A stretch of 64,000 bases of DNA from Mobula hypostoma. Its lineage: Eukaryota. The stretch is from assembly GCF_963921235.1 (NCBI RefSeq), contig NC_086097.1, forward strand, positions 146,384,001 through 146,448,000. Direction: 5' to 3'. Every line of letters starts with the position of its first letter. The first letter of the stretch is position 1. A program made the position numbers and the translations under genes. Positions 42,111 to 55,952 of this stretch are shown piece after piece. Under the pieces are notes generated by a model that saw only the letters and a list, made by a program, of their open reading frames with translations, was not told where the DNA came from and did no database searches.

Positions 42111-44744
42111 ATTTAGTCAGATCGAGGTCAGAGAAACGAATTGAGCCTTGCCAACATCTACATTTCATAAATTTAAAAATAGTTCTCCACCCAAGTGAAA
42201 ATTGCTAAATTTCATACCCTCTGCCTCCACAAGTTTTCCTTTTTGATTATTACTCAACTCTCCTTTTGACTAATCTTTTGTAATACATTTATAAAAGGTT
42301 TTCAGATTTTGGCATTATCCTCTGAATTTTCATACAATTGTTTCTTTTTCTGGACTCTTAACTTTCTGTATTCAGCTGATTCTTTATATTATGACCCTAA
42401 CATTTATCAGCTTCTATTTATTTAACTAGTACATCTTAGTTAAAGGGAATTCTAGATATGGATGAAAATCAAAACAGCATATGAAGAAAAATGAAAAAAT
42501 GCTGGAAACACTGTCCATGGAAAGAGAAACCGAATTAATATTAGAACCAAGACCCTTTAACTAGATTTGGTTATTCTTCCCTCCCGCTATAAGAAAATGC
42601 TTCTGGTGTTAGCTTCTGCACAAAGGCCCCCCAACTATTATACTGCTACGTGCAAGATTAAGTCCGTCCTTACAGGACAACCAAACTAACCATTAGCAGA
42701 TCTCTCACCCCAGGGGGGAAAATGAGGCATATGATTAAAATGCAGATTTACATAAAGTTAGCAAAGATTGTTAAATCAGTGTTGTAAGGAAGTGCCTTAA
42801 CCACCATTTAGCTAATACCTAATTGAAGGATGGAGACACTTAACAATGCAAAGTTCTGCAAAGCAGGTGTTTTTATATTAGTCAAGATTGAGGGCAATCT
42901 TAGTAAAAATAATGAATACTGGTACCTTGATACAAGTGGAATATACTTCATGTAATCCTCCTTAGTCAGCATTAGGGTGGCGCTGTTAAAGCACATAAAT
43001 GGACTAGTGTACCAGTTCCACCCTATTTGCATAAGCTCTGTATGTACTTGATTACACAAAGGCACTGTAAATGTTAACCTCAATGCACTGCAAGTGCCAT
43101 ATTAATAGGAATGACTACAGAATTCTACTTCAACTATCATGTCCTACTTTGCATTAAATGATTTGAGGTGAAGGATAATCTTCAGAAGTGGAAGAGTAAT
43201 TAATAGAGAAAGTAGATAGTTTCACTTCGTTGCCTTTATTTTTTGAACAACTTTTTTTCTGGCAAGAACCAATATTTTTACTTCTAGAAGGAGATGAAGT
43301 GTTAAAAGTAGCACTGCAACAAGCTCAAGACACTGAAATCAAGAGCAATAATCTGCTGCAGGAACTCGGTGAGTAAAGCAGCATGTTGAGGGGAAAGGAA
43401 TTATTGAAGTTTCAAATGAAATTCTGTGGCAGGACTAATAGTAAATAGGGGAAAAGAGCCAGAATAAAAAGGGGAGCAGTGAGACTGGGGCCAGTGGGTG
43501 ATTGACAGACTAAGGAAGAATGGAGAGCAAATGTCCAGTATGGAAAAGGGGAGAGTTAGGAGACAGGAAACAGGAAACAGGATGAGAGATGGAAACAGAC
43601 AAATAAAAAGGCAAAGTTATAGAATTACAGCATTAAAAACTTCTAAAAGCAGTTTTAAGCGTGATCACATTTGTGATTAAGTGCTGTAAAGACTTTATAA
43701 AAAAAGTTTAAATAGATGCAAGGAACTAAGAATAAAGTATGTATAATCCTACCTCAGGTACGATGGTAGAGTAGTTAAGTTAACACAATACCCAAGAACA
43801 TAGGAATGAGTGTGATACATCCAATCCCTCAAGCCAGCCCCATTATTAATATGACCATGGTTGATCTATGTAGCTTCATTCTTTCCTTTATCCCAATCTC
43901 ATGACCCTCAATAACTCAATCTTTCAAAAATGTATACCTCCATAACTCACAGCAGCAGGTATTGCAGAGATTCAAAACCCTCTAAAGGAAGTTTTGTATA
44001 CCTTGGTTTTAAATGAGCAGCTCCTTATAGTATCTTAAAACAAAGTCTGATCATTTAATACTTTCCGAGAAGCAAAACATCTTGACTTCTATCGTGTCAG
44101 AACTCCTTAGAATCTTGGAGACAAACTAGAGATTCCGGAATCTGGAGGAATTCAAAGTCAGGCAGCATTTATGGAGATAAATCAACAGTTAATCTTTCAG
44201 TTTGAGCCCCTTCATCAGTCCAGTGCCTGACCTACCACCTTAACACCAGCTTTGCATTGTTCCTTAGGACCTTAACGGTTTCAACAAGCTCACCCTTCTT
44301 TTATGTTTCAAATATAGACCTCATAGCAAGCCAGATGCCTGAATAACCCAGGCCCCTGTTCAAACCTCAATGGTTATGAGTTTTAATTTGACACAAATTC
44401 CATCTGGTTCACTAATGTCCTATCAGGGTGGATACCATTTTCTGGCATGGTTTATATCCAACTCCAAACCACTATCCTTAAATCCTAATCGAGAATTCAC
44501 TTAGTTGTACAAAATGTGAAATGGAAGTACAGTTCCACAGCTTGCCAAGGTTATACTCAGAATTATACCTTACCAAAAATATTCTTTATTCTATCACAAT
44601 CACCAAGTATATCTTGTCCCACCCACAGGGGAGATCTAGTAGAGCTGACAATACAAGTTCAAGTGTAATTATCTTTCAACCACACATTAATGCTGTAATT
44701 GTTATATGGTTATACAGTTTAATAACCAGCTTAACACTGTGCTA

Positions 44745-47445
44745 AGGAGCTGCTGTAGGAAGCAGGACTTCTTTGGATCATTGCGTGTACCAAAGAGACA
44801 GCTTGCCCTTAGACTGGAGGGGGACTAATATCCTAGTGGGAAGGTTTGCTAGTACTGCACAGGGATAGGGGATTTAAACTAGATTTGCAGGGGGATGGGA
44901 ACCCAAGTGCCAGAACAGATAGTAGAGTAGTTGTGGAGACTGATGTTGTTAAGACCTTAAAAACAGTAAACAAAATGTTGAGCAAGGTAGGACTATTGTT
45001 CTGAGCTGTGTATATTTCAATTCAAGCATCATAGGAAAGGCAGATAAACTCAGGGCATGGATCAATGCATAGAATTATAATATTGTTGCTATTACTGAGA
45101 CTTGGTTGTAGGAAGGCAGCTCAATATTCCGGGGTTCTGTTGTTTTAGATATGAAAGGGCAAGGGGGACTAAAGAAAGACGGGTGATGTTACTAGTCAGG
45201 GAAAATGTCATAGCAATGCTCAGTCAAAACAGACTGGAGAACTTGGCTAGTGAGACTTTTTAAGGTGGAACTGATGAATGAGAAAGGTATGACCATGTTA
45301 ATGGGGCTATTTTATAGACCACCCAACAGTACATGAGATTTAAAAGTAGTTTTGTAGAGAGCTTGCACCTGTTGCAAGAAACAAAGTTGTGATAGTAGGT
45401 ATTGACTGGGTCTCCCATACTGTAAAAGGACTAGATGGGATAGAGTTTGTCAAATGTGTCCAGGGCAGTTTCCTGAATCAGTACATAGAAGACCCAATGG
45501 GAAAGGGCAGGTGACAGAAGCTTGCATAAGGGAACACTTTGAATGCCATGAGTTTCAAGGTAATTATGGAAAAGGATATGTCTTGTCCTTGGGTTGAGAT
45601 TCCAATTTGGAGAAAGGCCAATTTTGTTGGCATATTAAAAAGGATCCAGCAAGTGTGGATTGGGACAGGTTGTTTTCTAGCAAAGGCATTCTATCAAAGT
45701 GGCTCTTACAAGACCCTATTGTACTGGGGGGAGGGGAGAAAGAGGAAGAGGAAGAGAGGTTCATAGCAGGTATAGGCAGGTAGGAACAAATGAGGTACTT
45801 GAAGAATCAAGTGCAACCTGTCCCTTTTATACAAGTCTTTCAATCACAATAAAAATATCCAAGACAATCACTTTTACTGCACACTATCCAAAAGTTCATG
45901 ACAAGTCCAGCCACATCATTACTGAGCAACTAGCTGATGGGATAGCCCTGCAGTACTTGATGTTCTTGGTATTGAGCAGTGACTTTCAATTGTATAAGAG
46001 GCACAGAAGAAACAAATATATCTTTGATTGGACTGGAAGATTGCAAATGTCATTCCACTCTTTAAGGGAGGAAGGTAAAATAAAGGAAATTATAGACTAG
46101 TTAGCCTAACACCTGTGGTTAGGAAAGTGTTGAAATCTATTATTAGGAATGAGATTTCGGAGTACATGGAGGCTGATGATAACAGAAATCAAAGTCAGCA
46201 TGGGTTCTGTAAAGGGAAATCTTGCTTGACAAACCTATTAAAGAGTTCTTCAAAAAAGGAACAAGCAGGTTGGACAAAGGAGAGGCAGTGGATGTAACTT
46301 ACTTGGATCAGAAGACATTTGATAAGGTGCCACACTTGAGGCTGCTTAACAAGATGTAATCCTATGGCGTTACAGGAAAGATACTGGCATGGATAGAGGA
46401 ATGGCTGATAGGCAGGAAGCAGCAGTTGGGAATAAAGGGTTGGCCACCTGTGACTAGTGGTGTTCCTCAGGGGTCAGTATTGGGACCGCTACTTTTCACA
46501 TTTTTTTTGTCAATGTCTTAGACAGTGGAATTGAAGGCTTTGTGGCAAACGTTGCAGATGATACAAAGATAGGTGGAGGGGTAGGTAGTGCTGAGGAAGC
46601 AATGCGATTTCAGCAGGACAGACACATTGGAAGAAAGGGTTAAAAAAAGCAGATGGAAGTGTGTTGGGAATTGTATGATAATGCATTTTGATAACAGGAA
46701 CAATAGTGCGGACTATTATCTAAATGGGGAAACAGTTGAAAAAAAAAATCAGAGGTGCAGAGAGATTTAGGGGTCCTCATGGAAGACTCCCAGAAGGTTA
46801 ATTTATGGGTCAAGTCAGTGGTAAAGGCGGCAAAAGCAACAGAGTACAAAAGCAAGGAGATAATGCTGAGGCTTTATAAGACACTAGTCAGGCCGCACTT
46901 GGAGTACTGTCAACAGTTCTGGGCCCCATATCTCAGAAAGGATGTGTTGTCATTGGAGAGAGTCCAGAAAAGATTCACAGGGAATGATTCCAGGAATGAA
47001 GGGGTTAACATACGGAGTGTTTGTCAGCTTTGGGCCTGTACTCACTAGAACTTAGAAGAAAGGAGAACATCTCTTTGAGTCTTACTGAATGTTGAAAGGA
47101 CTAGATAGGGTGGATGTGGAGGGAATGTTTCCTATGGTGGGTGTATCCAGAATTAGAGGGCACAGCCTCAAAATTGAGTGGCGATCTTTTAGAACAGAGA
47201 GAAGCAGGAATTTATTTCAGTGCAAGTAGTGACTCTGTGGAATGCCCTGTCAAGACTGCAAATGAGGCCAATTCCCTGAATATACTCAAGGCCAAAGTTG
47301 ACAGTTTCCTGATTGGTCAGGGCAGCAAAGTATATGACGAGAAGGCAGGTGTATGGGGTTGAGTGGGATCTAGGATCAGCCAAGATAGAGCCTGCTCCAC
47401 CATTCCATGGGCTGAATGGCCCAATTCTGTTCCCATGTCTTATGG
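44745..47445 (+). mobile_element. CR1 LINE remnants (ORF1 end/endonuclease, then RT and 3' tail)
   Basis: ITETWL-like motif, SQHGF, GVPQGSVLGP, LYKTLVRPHLEYC; tail GGGCTGAATGGCC. Confidence 0.85.
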
Positions 47446-47582
47446 GAGTAGGACAAACAATTCATGATCAGGGTGGGTGGGATCATTCATGATGTTACAA
47501 CTGGCCCTTTTCCAGCACCTTTCTGTATATACCTCTATGCCCTTGATTTCATGACAACATTTGAAAATGCGATTCTAGGTGC

Positions 47583-47917
47583 AACACACATCAAAGTTGC
47601 TGGTGAACGCAGCAGGCCAGGCAGCATCTCTAGGAAGAGGTACAGTCGACATTTCAGGCCAAGACCCTTCGTCAGGACTAACTGTAGGAAGAGTTAGTAA
47701 GAGATTTGAAAGTGGGAGGGAAAGGGGAAATCCAAAATGATAGAAGACAGGAGGGGGAGCGATGGAGCCAAGAGCTGGACAGGAGATTGGCAAAGGGATG
47801 AGAGGATCATGGGACAGGAGGCCCAGGGAGAAGTGGGGGGGAAACCCAGAGAATGGGCAAGAGGTATAGTCAGAGGGACAGAGGGAGAAAAAGGAGAGTG
47901 AGAGAAAGAATGTGTAA
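47583..47917 (-). mobile_element. 335-bp Penelope-derived hammerhead-carrying insert
   Basis: Flanked by the direct repeat ATTCTAGGTGC (47572-47582, 47918-47928). 47581-47679 matches 20586-20684 with 5 differences in 99 nt. Confidence 0.85.
47644..47679 (-). ncRNA. Minimal type I hammerhead ribozyme motif, intact core
   Basis: Minus strand reads AGTC-CTGACGA-AGGGTCTTGGCCT-GAAAT-GTC-GACT; stem III has a U-G wobble. Confidence 0.75.
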
Positions 47918-48834
47918 ATTCTAGGTGCTACAGCTTATCATCTCTCAAAGCAAATCAGTTCAGTTTACAAATTTTGGCTTGATATTTGACACTGCCAACT
48001 ACAGAAGGCAACTTGTGTTACCATTGTTCAGAGTTAAAATGTATACAAGAGATTTTAAAATGAAGGCAGTTTTTAAAGAAATAACTGGTTTTGAGATGAG
48101 ACCCATTACAAACAGTAACCCCACTTCACTCGAAGACTAGGTAAAAAAAAATCACCACTTACAATTGAGAGAAAATTAGGAATTGAATTCAAAAATTTTT
48201 TTCATAATTCTTACATTCAAGTGAGCGTGGCACTGATCAGTTGCATAAAATGGAAGACATCAAGGGATAATTCTCCAATGGATGTGGTTATTCCTTGCAC
48301 AGAAAGATGGATTACAGCCCCTTTAAGTTAATAAACTGAGCTGCAGGATATTAGTCCAGCAGTTCCTAGGGAGTATTTTTGGGCCATCTTTAACTGTTCC
48401 ATCAATTATGTTTGTTCCATAATAGTAGTCTAAAGTAGAGATTATTATTACTTAATTCTAATGACAGCTCTTCAGAAAATGAAATGCTGCGCTGCAAGCA
48501 GAATGACAAGTATGGGCAATAATGAAAAAAAGAACCAAATGTTATCCGATAGCATTATCAACAGATAGATCTCCAATTATACCATCCTAAAGGCCATCAC
48601 TGACCAGAAAATCAACCGGACCAATGACACAAAAAAAGTTGCTACAAGAGAAAGCCATGGATTGGCTGCTCTGCAGTAAGGGAATCTCCAGGTGCCCCAA
48701 AAGCTGTGGTAACATTTGCAAAGCTCAAGTCAAAACAAGCATGATCAAAAACCCATACCTACTCTAACAAAAGTAGTTCCACTGCACTAGTGAAGATTGT
48801 GTCTCTCAGGATAAAGCACCCCTTTTGACTGACA

Positions 48835-49120
48835 ACCGTGGCGATACTATTACAGCTTGGGGTGTTCTGCAGCTTGGAATTCAACTTCAATGCTGTCCTG
48901 CAAGGAGTCTCTGCACATCCTCCCTGTCGAATATGTGGGTTAGAGTTTCCTCTAGTTTCCTCCCACAGTCCAACAAGACTCACTGGGTAGATTGATCATT
49001 GTAGATTGTCCCATGATAGGTTAAGAGTTAATTGGGTTTGTTGGTGGTTGCTGGGGCAGCATGACTCAAAGGGCCAGTATGGCCTATTCTCTGCTGCATC
49101 ACTAAATTAGTAAGTAAATA
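48835..49120 (+). mobile_element. V-SINE (HE1-like), diverged
   Basis: TTTCCTCCCACAGTCCAA core and GGCCTATTCTCTGCTG tail; the same tail occurs at 1-52. Confidence 0.7.
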
Positions 49121-50219
49121 ATTATATAAGTAATCGGTGAAGAAATACGATTAAAGCTTCAGTTTAAGGACTTCAAACATCCTGATAACAGGTTATCAAA
49201 ATGAAATATTAATTTTCTTCAAAGATACAATCTCAAAGACTTACTCAGGTTTTACATTTTCTGCACTTTTCTAAATCTCCAGTTCAGAGTATATCTGCAT
49301 GACTCATTTGTTAACTTATTATTATGCTATTATGTTCAACCTAAAGCTGGCATCAAGCCTTTTCTTACTGCAGTAACCTTAATGACTGGAAAATGCATTG
49401 AGCCATTGTCTACACAAAAAGCAGCAAATTAGGAAATTATGCAAAAACATGTCTTTCTTAGTAAACTTGAAGAATTTGCACCCAAGAATCTACTGCATTG
49501 TTAAAATTAGTGAGAATGATTTAGCCAGAAGTCCATTGCTGTTGGAAAAAAATGAAAATGATGCCCTAACAGAACAAGGCTGATCTAAAGGCAACTTCAT
49601 AGTTTGCTTTCATTGTTTCTGTAAGTAAATCATGCAAATTACATTCTAGGCAATGGGATATTTCCTACATTATCATCCCCTACTTTACAACTTACCTTCC
49701 CACTTCTAACAGATGACTTGGGTACCTTTCCCAAAACCACTGCAAGACCCCAGAATGACCCTGCTAAAATTAGCCAAAACATTATATTCCCAGGATTACA
49801 TATAGGGCCTACTTCCCTATTAACAGGACAAAACTGCATTAACTTTGAATATCTTTTTCTAAAAATTCTGTATGTTTAAGGCTTTTCTTTAGAAAAGTAC
49901 ATCAGAAGTGGCTAGTGAGCGACTCAGTTAGCCATGTAAGGAAACCTAAAGATCAATCAAAATTATACTGCAATGATGCAGCATCTTATTTTTTTTACTG
50001 AATAGGCATCATGCTCATAATCCAAAAGTCAGTTCATTTTATAACAAGAGAACGCAAATTGTCCACTTAAATACCAGTTCATAATTTATGACTAAACCAA
50101 TCACAATAATCTTTATCAAAAGATAAAATTAATAAATTTAGATATTCTTATTACATTTCTGCACAATGAATTCATTTTCTTTAAAAATACAGTTCAATGT
50201 TCTACTGGAAGAATTATAC

Positions 50220-51100
50220 AATAACACAGGAGCAGAATTAGGCCATTTGGCCCATTGAGTCTGCTCCTCCTTTCGATCATGACTGATTTATTATCCCTCT
50301 TAATCCAAATCTCCTGCCTTCACTCCATACCCTTTGACACTCTTACTAATCAACAACCTACCCAACTCTGCTTCAAGTATACGCAATGACTTGACCTCCA
50401 CAGCTGTCTGCAGCGATGAATTCCACAGATTCACCACCCTCTGGCTAAAGTTCTTCCTCCTCATCTCTGTCCTAAAGGGATGTCCGTCCTTCTATTCTGA
50501 GGCTGTGCACTCTGGTCCTACGTTCCCCACTAAAGGGAAACATTCCCTCCAAGTCCAACACTCTAGGTTTTTAATATTCAATAGGTTTCAATGAGATTCC
50601 ACTCCCCCCCCCCCCCACATTCTTCTAAACTTCAGCAAGTACAGGCCGAAACTCATTAAATAATCCTCAAATGTCAACCTTTCCTGAGATCATTCCTATG
50701 AACTTTCTCTGGACCACCCTCCAATGCCAGCACATCCTTTCTTAGATAAGGGGCCTCAAACTGCTCTCTATATTCTAAGTGTGGTCTGCCCCAGCATTAC
50801 ATCCTGGCTTTTGTATTCTGGTCCTGGAAATGAACACAAACATTGCACTTGCCTTCCTTACCACTGACTAAACCTGCTAGTTAACCTTTAGGGAATCCTG
50901 CATGGGGACTCCCAAGTCCCTTTACAGCTCTGGTTTCTGATTTTCGCTCCCCGTTTAGAAAATAGTCTACACTTCTGCCATTTCTTTGCCCATTTTCCTA
51001 ATGTCTAAGTCCCTCTGCAGTCTCTTGGCTTCCAACGCTACCTGCCCCTCCACTTACCTTCATATCATCTGTAAACTTGGCAACAAAGCCAACCAAATAA
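50220..51100 (-). mobile_element. CR1 3' fragment
   Basis: VAKFTDD motif; tail region CAGGAGCAGAATTAGGCCAT. Confidence 0.8.
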
Positions 51101-51889
51101 CTGCCATATGGTGTGTACAGAAGTGGTCCATACAGACCCTTGGGAAACACCACTACAAATGTTCTGTTCAGAAAAAAAATGGTAGAAATCAAGTAAAGAG
51201 AGGTCAGTCTATGTTGTAATGCAAGAACTATGACTTATGTCTGTCAAAATCAAATTTAATCCTTACATGGCCAAGCAAATGTTATTAAGGATAAACCAGC
51301 ACCGACTTATTTACCCATCAACTGTCTGAATTACTTGATATAACAAAAACTGCCAATCAAGGTTCTGCAAGTAGATACAAAGGGTTTCAAATAACACAGA
51401 ATAATGGATTTATGAGAATAAAAAAATAATAAAACATACATTTGAGACAACTGTAGATAATATTTCTCTCTCTCATGGCGATGTGTATGCTGTGGGATCT
51501 CCAAGTACAATTATTGGGCTGCTTATATAAAAAGTTAAATTTCATTTGGATATTGATAGCCCAATTTTAAAATATACAACTATATGAAATTTGACAACAT
51601 GGTAATAACGAGCATAGCAGCATATTAAGAGAATACTAACATACAACGGACAAAAAACTGACAATGTGAACTGATCATATTTTAGGAGGAACAGAATAAA
51701 CAAGTAGCATAATCGGAAATAATTTGTAGTGGCTACAAGAGCAAAAAAGTTTTGTGGATGCAGCTCAAAGACATTTAAAGTGACAAACTAACTTAAAAGG
51801 GCAAGTAAGAAAGCATATGAATACATAATTTTAGATTCACCCAAGGATTTACATCAGTGAGATGCAATACAGATTGGGGGGGGGGGGCG

Positions 51890-52460
51890 GGGAAATAATT
51901 TCATCGAGTACATTTGATCTGTCCACACCAGCTGGGATGTCCCGGTGGTCTACCATATTAATTCCACCTGCCATTCCCGACGTGTCTGACAGTGGCGCCA
52001 GTCTGAGGGGAGGATGCTGGACACAGGAACAGCATCTTACATCCCACTTTGGTCATCTCCAACATCAAAGCACAAATATCGACTTCTCTAACTCCCAGTA
52101 AACAATCCTCTTTGTCCCCCCTTAACTTCCTTACACCAATGGCTATCACTCCATCTCCCTCCCCTCCTCACCCTCTCAGTGTATCCATCGCCCATTACAT
52201 TATTCCCACAGGTTCCGCTCCACACACCCTTTATGTTCCACTGTCCTCTCCTATCAGATTCCTCCTTCTTCAGCCTTTTGTCACTTCTACCCATTACCTT
52301 CCAGCTTCTAACATTTCCCCATCTAATTTCCCCATCACCTAGACCCATCTACCACCTGCCAGTTTTTTCTTTACCTTTTCAGATCACCTTTTTGTACTGG
52401 CTGAATGGCCTACTCCTACACCTATTGTCTGACGTTCTGAGTTCCTCCAGTATTCTTGCA
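51890..52460 (+). mobile_element. Penelope-like 3' fragment
   Basis: QEQHLTSHFGHLQHQSTNIDFSN matches the GIY-YIG C-terminus seen at about 40800; pyrimidine-rich tail. Confidence 0.65.
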
Positions 52461-54848
52461 TTGCACTTAGTTTGCAAACTAGATTATTGACTAAATAAAC
52501 AAGAAATTCACTGTAAACATTTATAAGCCACTGGTTCAGCTTCTTTCCCAGTGTTCTCAGCATCATGCTTTTTAGGAAATAGGGACATTAAGATATTACA
52601 GCAGAGCTGATTGGAGCTCAGTTATGAAATTGGAGGTGTTTCGATTTGTTTTCCAGGTTTGGGTTTGTCTTGCAAGGTCACTATTTATTAGCTAGCCCTT
52701 CAGATTATCATTGGCCTGTGCAGATCTTTACTAGAAAGTTGAGCTTGACACAGTATCATGTTACTGAATAGTACTAGCATATAAAATTTTTTTCCCAAGT
52801 CCAGCACCTTAATAAGTTAAGAAAAAAGCCATACTGCAGAACTGCCCCACTTAACAGATTTTGCAATAGAATTAAAACAGAAAAGTCTAAATGGACGTCC
52901 TATGTCATTCAGTTGACAATTATAAATAAATAATATAATCTACTACTAAGGTCTTTGGGCTGGAGAAACAGGCAGAGGCAAATGCATCATGAAATAACAC
53001 TGCACCAAATTTTAAACACTCTCTCATTTGATCTTTTTTAATCTAATACCAAAAAAATCCAAAACTCAGAAGCAGGACCTGTAGTTTACAAGCTGAACAA
53101 TAGCTGCATACATCACTCTAACGCCATATAAATGTCCAGCATTGTAAGTTGTTAGGAAATAGTATTCAGGAAATGCAGGCCTACATCAAGAGCTTCAAAA
53201 GGGCATTCAGTATCGACAAGGAATGCAATCATAAGACCAATATTACGCAGTGAAACCCAGGGCAGGCACAGCATCAGGCCATGTATATCTTACTTAAATA
53301 AACAACATACTTCAGCCACGGAGAATTATAAATACTTCCAGAAGTGAAATGATTCAATAATTCAGAAAAGAGAAAGCACTGTATAACATATACAATTGGA
53401 TTGGTTAGTGCAAATCTGATGACTGTTTTTACTAGATGGAAACCAGTGAGGTTTTGATGACTCTGCCTGGCCCATTTATGCTAGTTTATTGTTACAACAA
53501 TCCCAAATTCATCCACTCTCTAAGGTCTCATCCTCGACTACTTTAATTGTTGATTTCAGGTGCAGTGGTTTCTGCTCAATGTGGCAAAACATTTTTTTTG
53601 AATAAGTGCACACTTGAGTTTTAATAAACAACATAGCTCCAAGTTTCTGTAGAATAAAGATTATTCTTGCCCACAAGAATTGCTCTCAATTTCCCAACTG
53701 AGTCAGAATATTTAAATGAACTTTGTTGCATAATAGAAATTTTTACACATAAAAATGCTATAAATGTAGAGAATGGTTAAAAACTAGCATAAGCAAACAT
53801 TGGTAACAATAAATTATTGCTTTTATAGCAAATGTGAGCCAAAGACATTATAGGTCTATTAAGTGCTTTTTACTGTATGCACTGCTTTTGAAACATGGCA
53901 GGTGTCAGTCAGTAAACAGGGCAGCAATTCTGCACCAACAATAGAGCACAAACAAAAAATATAGTGAAAAACAAGCTGTGTTAAATACAAGAATAAATAT
54001 CCTTTTGATTAAGGCTTTGGATTCGAATAAGCAGAAGTAGAGAAGCAGAGGTCTAGAAGTTAAGACAGAGCAAGCTGAAGGCTCTGCAGTCAATGACAGA
54101 ACAATAAAATTAAGATTGCTCAAAATCAGAATGGGGAGGGTGAATTTAGATTCCTCAGAATTGAGGCTGAAGGACATTACTGAGACAGGAAGAAACCAGC
54201 CCATTGAGACATTTATAAACAAATACAAAATTAAAAACACTTTGTCGAACCAGGACTCTATATTAAAAGTGAACAAAATCTGGTCCAAGGCAGGATACCT
54301 TTAATTTATTTTGATTTGTCAAGCTTATTCCAGGATAGAATAAAAAAGGCACTCAGGCAAAGACTAACAACTCTAGGAGGTAACAAATATTGTTGAGAAT
54401 AGCAGCCAATTATCTAATACAGAAGCAGAGTATTGTGATGTTTCAGGAATAGAAAGAAGCAGAATGAGATTCAGATGCCGGCTGCATGAATATATGGCCT
54501 TAAGCCCATGGGGGGGGGGTCCAAATATGACAAGGTGTGAACAGTGTAGTGTGACGATTTCATCTATGGAGAGATGCCTCTTTAATTAATGAGAGGTTTT
54601 TTTTGGCAGGGACCAAAATTAACAGTTGCCTTCCCATTATTCAATAGAAAAGTTGTGTTCGTCTGATCTACATGGTGCTCAAGAAGTCTGGTAATTTTAG
54701 AATAAATTGCAGTTCCCTTGATCCCCACAGGCAAGCTTTGAGACAATTGTTAGATAGGAAAGAACAGGTTTGAGGATGGGGAGGAAAATTAGGTTAATAC
54801 AAAAAGACTCCTTAGAAGTTATAATACAGGAGCAGGAAGAGAAGCTTA

Positions 54849-55952
54849 TACATAGAACATAGAATAGGACAGCACAGTACAGGCCCTTCGGCCCACAATG
54901 TTGTGCTGACCCTCAAATCCCACCTCCCGTACAACCCCCCAACATTAAATTCCTCCATATACCTGTCTAGTAGTCTCTTAAACTTCACGAGTGTATCTGC
55001 CTCCACCACCGACTCAGGCAGTGCATTCCACACACCAACCACTCTGAGTAAAAAACCTTCCTCTAATATCCCCCTTGAACTTCCCACCCCTTACCTTAAA
55101 GCCATGTCCTCTTGTATTGAGCAGTGGTGCCCTGGGGAAGAGGCGCTGGCTATCCACTCTATCTATTCCTCTTATTATCTTGTACACCTCTATCATGTCT
55201 CCTCTCATCCTCCTTCTCTCCAAAGAGTAAAGCCCTAGCTCCCTTAATCTCTGATCATAATGCATACTCTCTAAACCAGGCCGCATCCTGGTAAATCTCC
55301 TCTGTACCCTTTCCAATGCTTCCACATCCTTCCTATAGTGAGGTGACCAGAACTGGACACAGTGCTCCAAGTGTGGCCTAACCAGAGTTTTATAGAGCTG
55401 CATCATTACATCGCATCTCTTAAATTCTATCCCTCGTCTTATGAAAGCTAACACCCCATAAGCTTTCTTAACTACCTTATCTACCTGTGAGGTAATTTTC
55501 AGGGATCTGTGGACATGTACCCCCAGATCCCTCTGCTCCTCCACACCACCAAGTATCCTGCCACTTACTTTGTACTCTGCCTTGGAGTTTGTCCTTCCAA
55601 AGTGTACCACCTCACACTTCTCCAGGTTGAACTCCATCTGCCACTTCTCAGCCCACTTCTGCATCCTATCAATGTCTCTCTGCAAACTTCAACAATCCTC
55701 TACACTATCTACAACACCACCAACCTTTGTGTCATCTGCAAACTTGCCAACCCACCCTTCTACCCCCACATCCAGGTCGTTAATAAAAATCACAAAAAGT
55801 AGAGGACCCAGAACAGATCGTTGAGGGACACCACTAGTCACAATCCTCCAATCTGAATGTACTCCCTCCACCACGACCCTCTGCCTTCTGCAGGCAAGCC
55901 AATTCTGAATCCACCTGGCCAAACTTCCTTGGATCCTATGCCTTCTGACTTT
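54849..55952 (-). mobile_element. Young 5'-truncated CR1 LINE
   Basis: ORFs 55689-55970 ([14 protein letters not shown]...KFADD) and 55014-55685; CATAGAA tail repeat. Confidence 0.92.
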
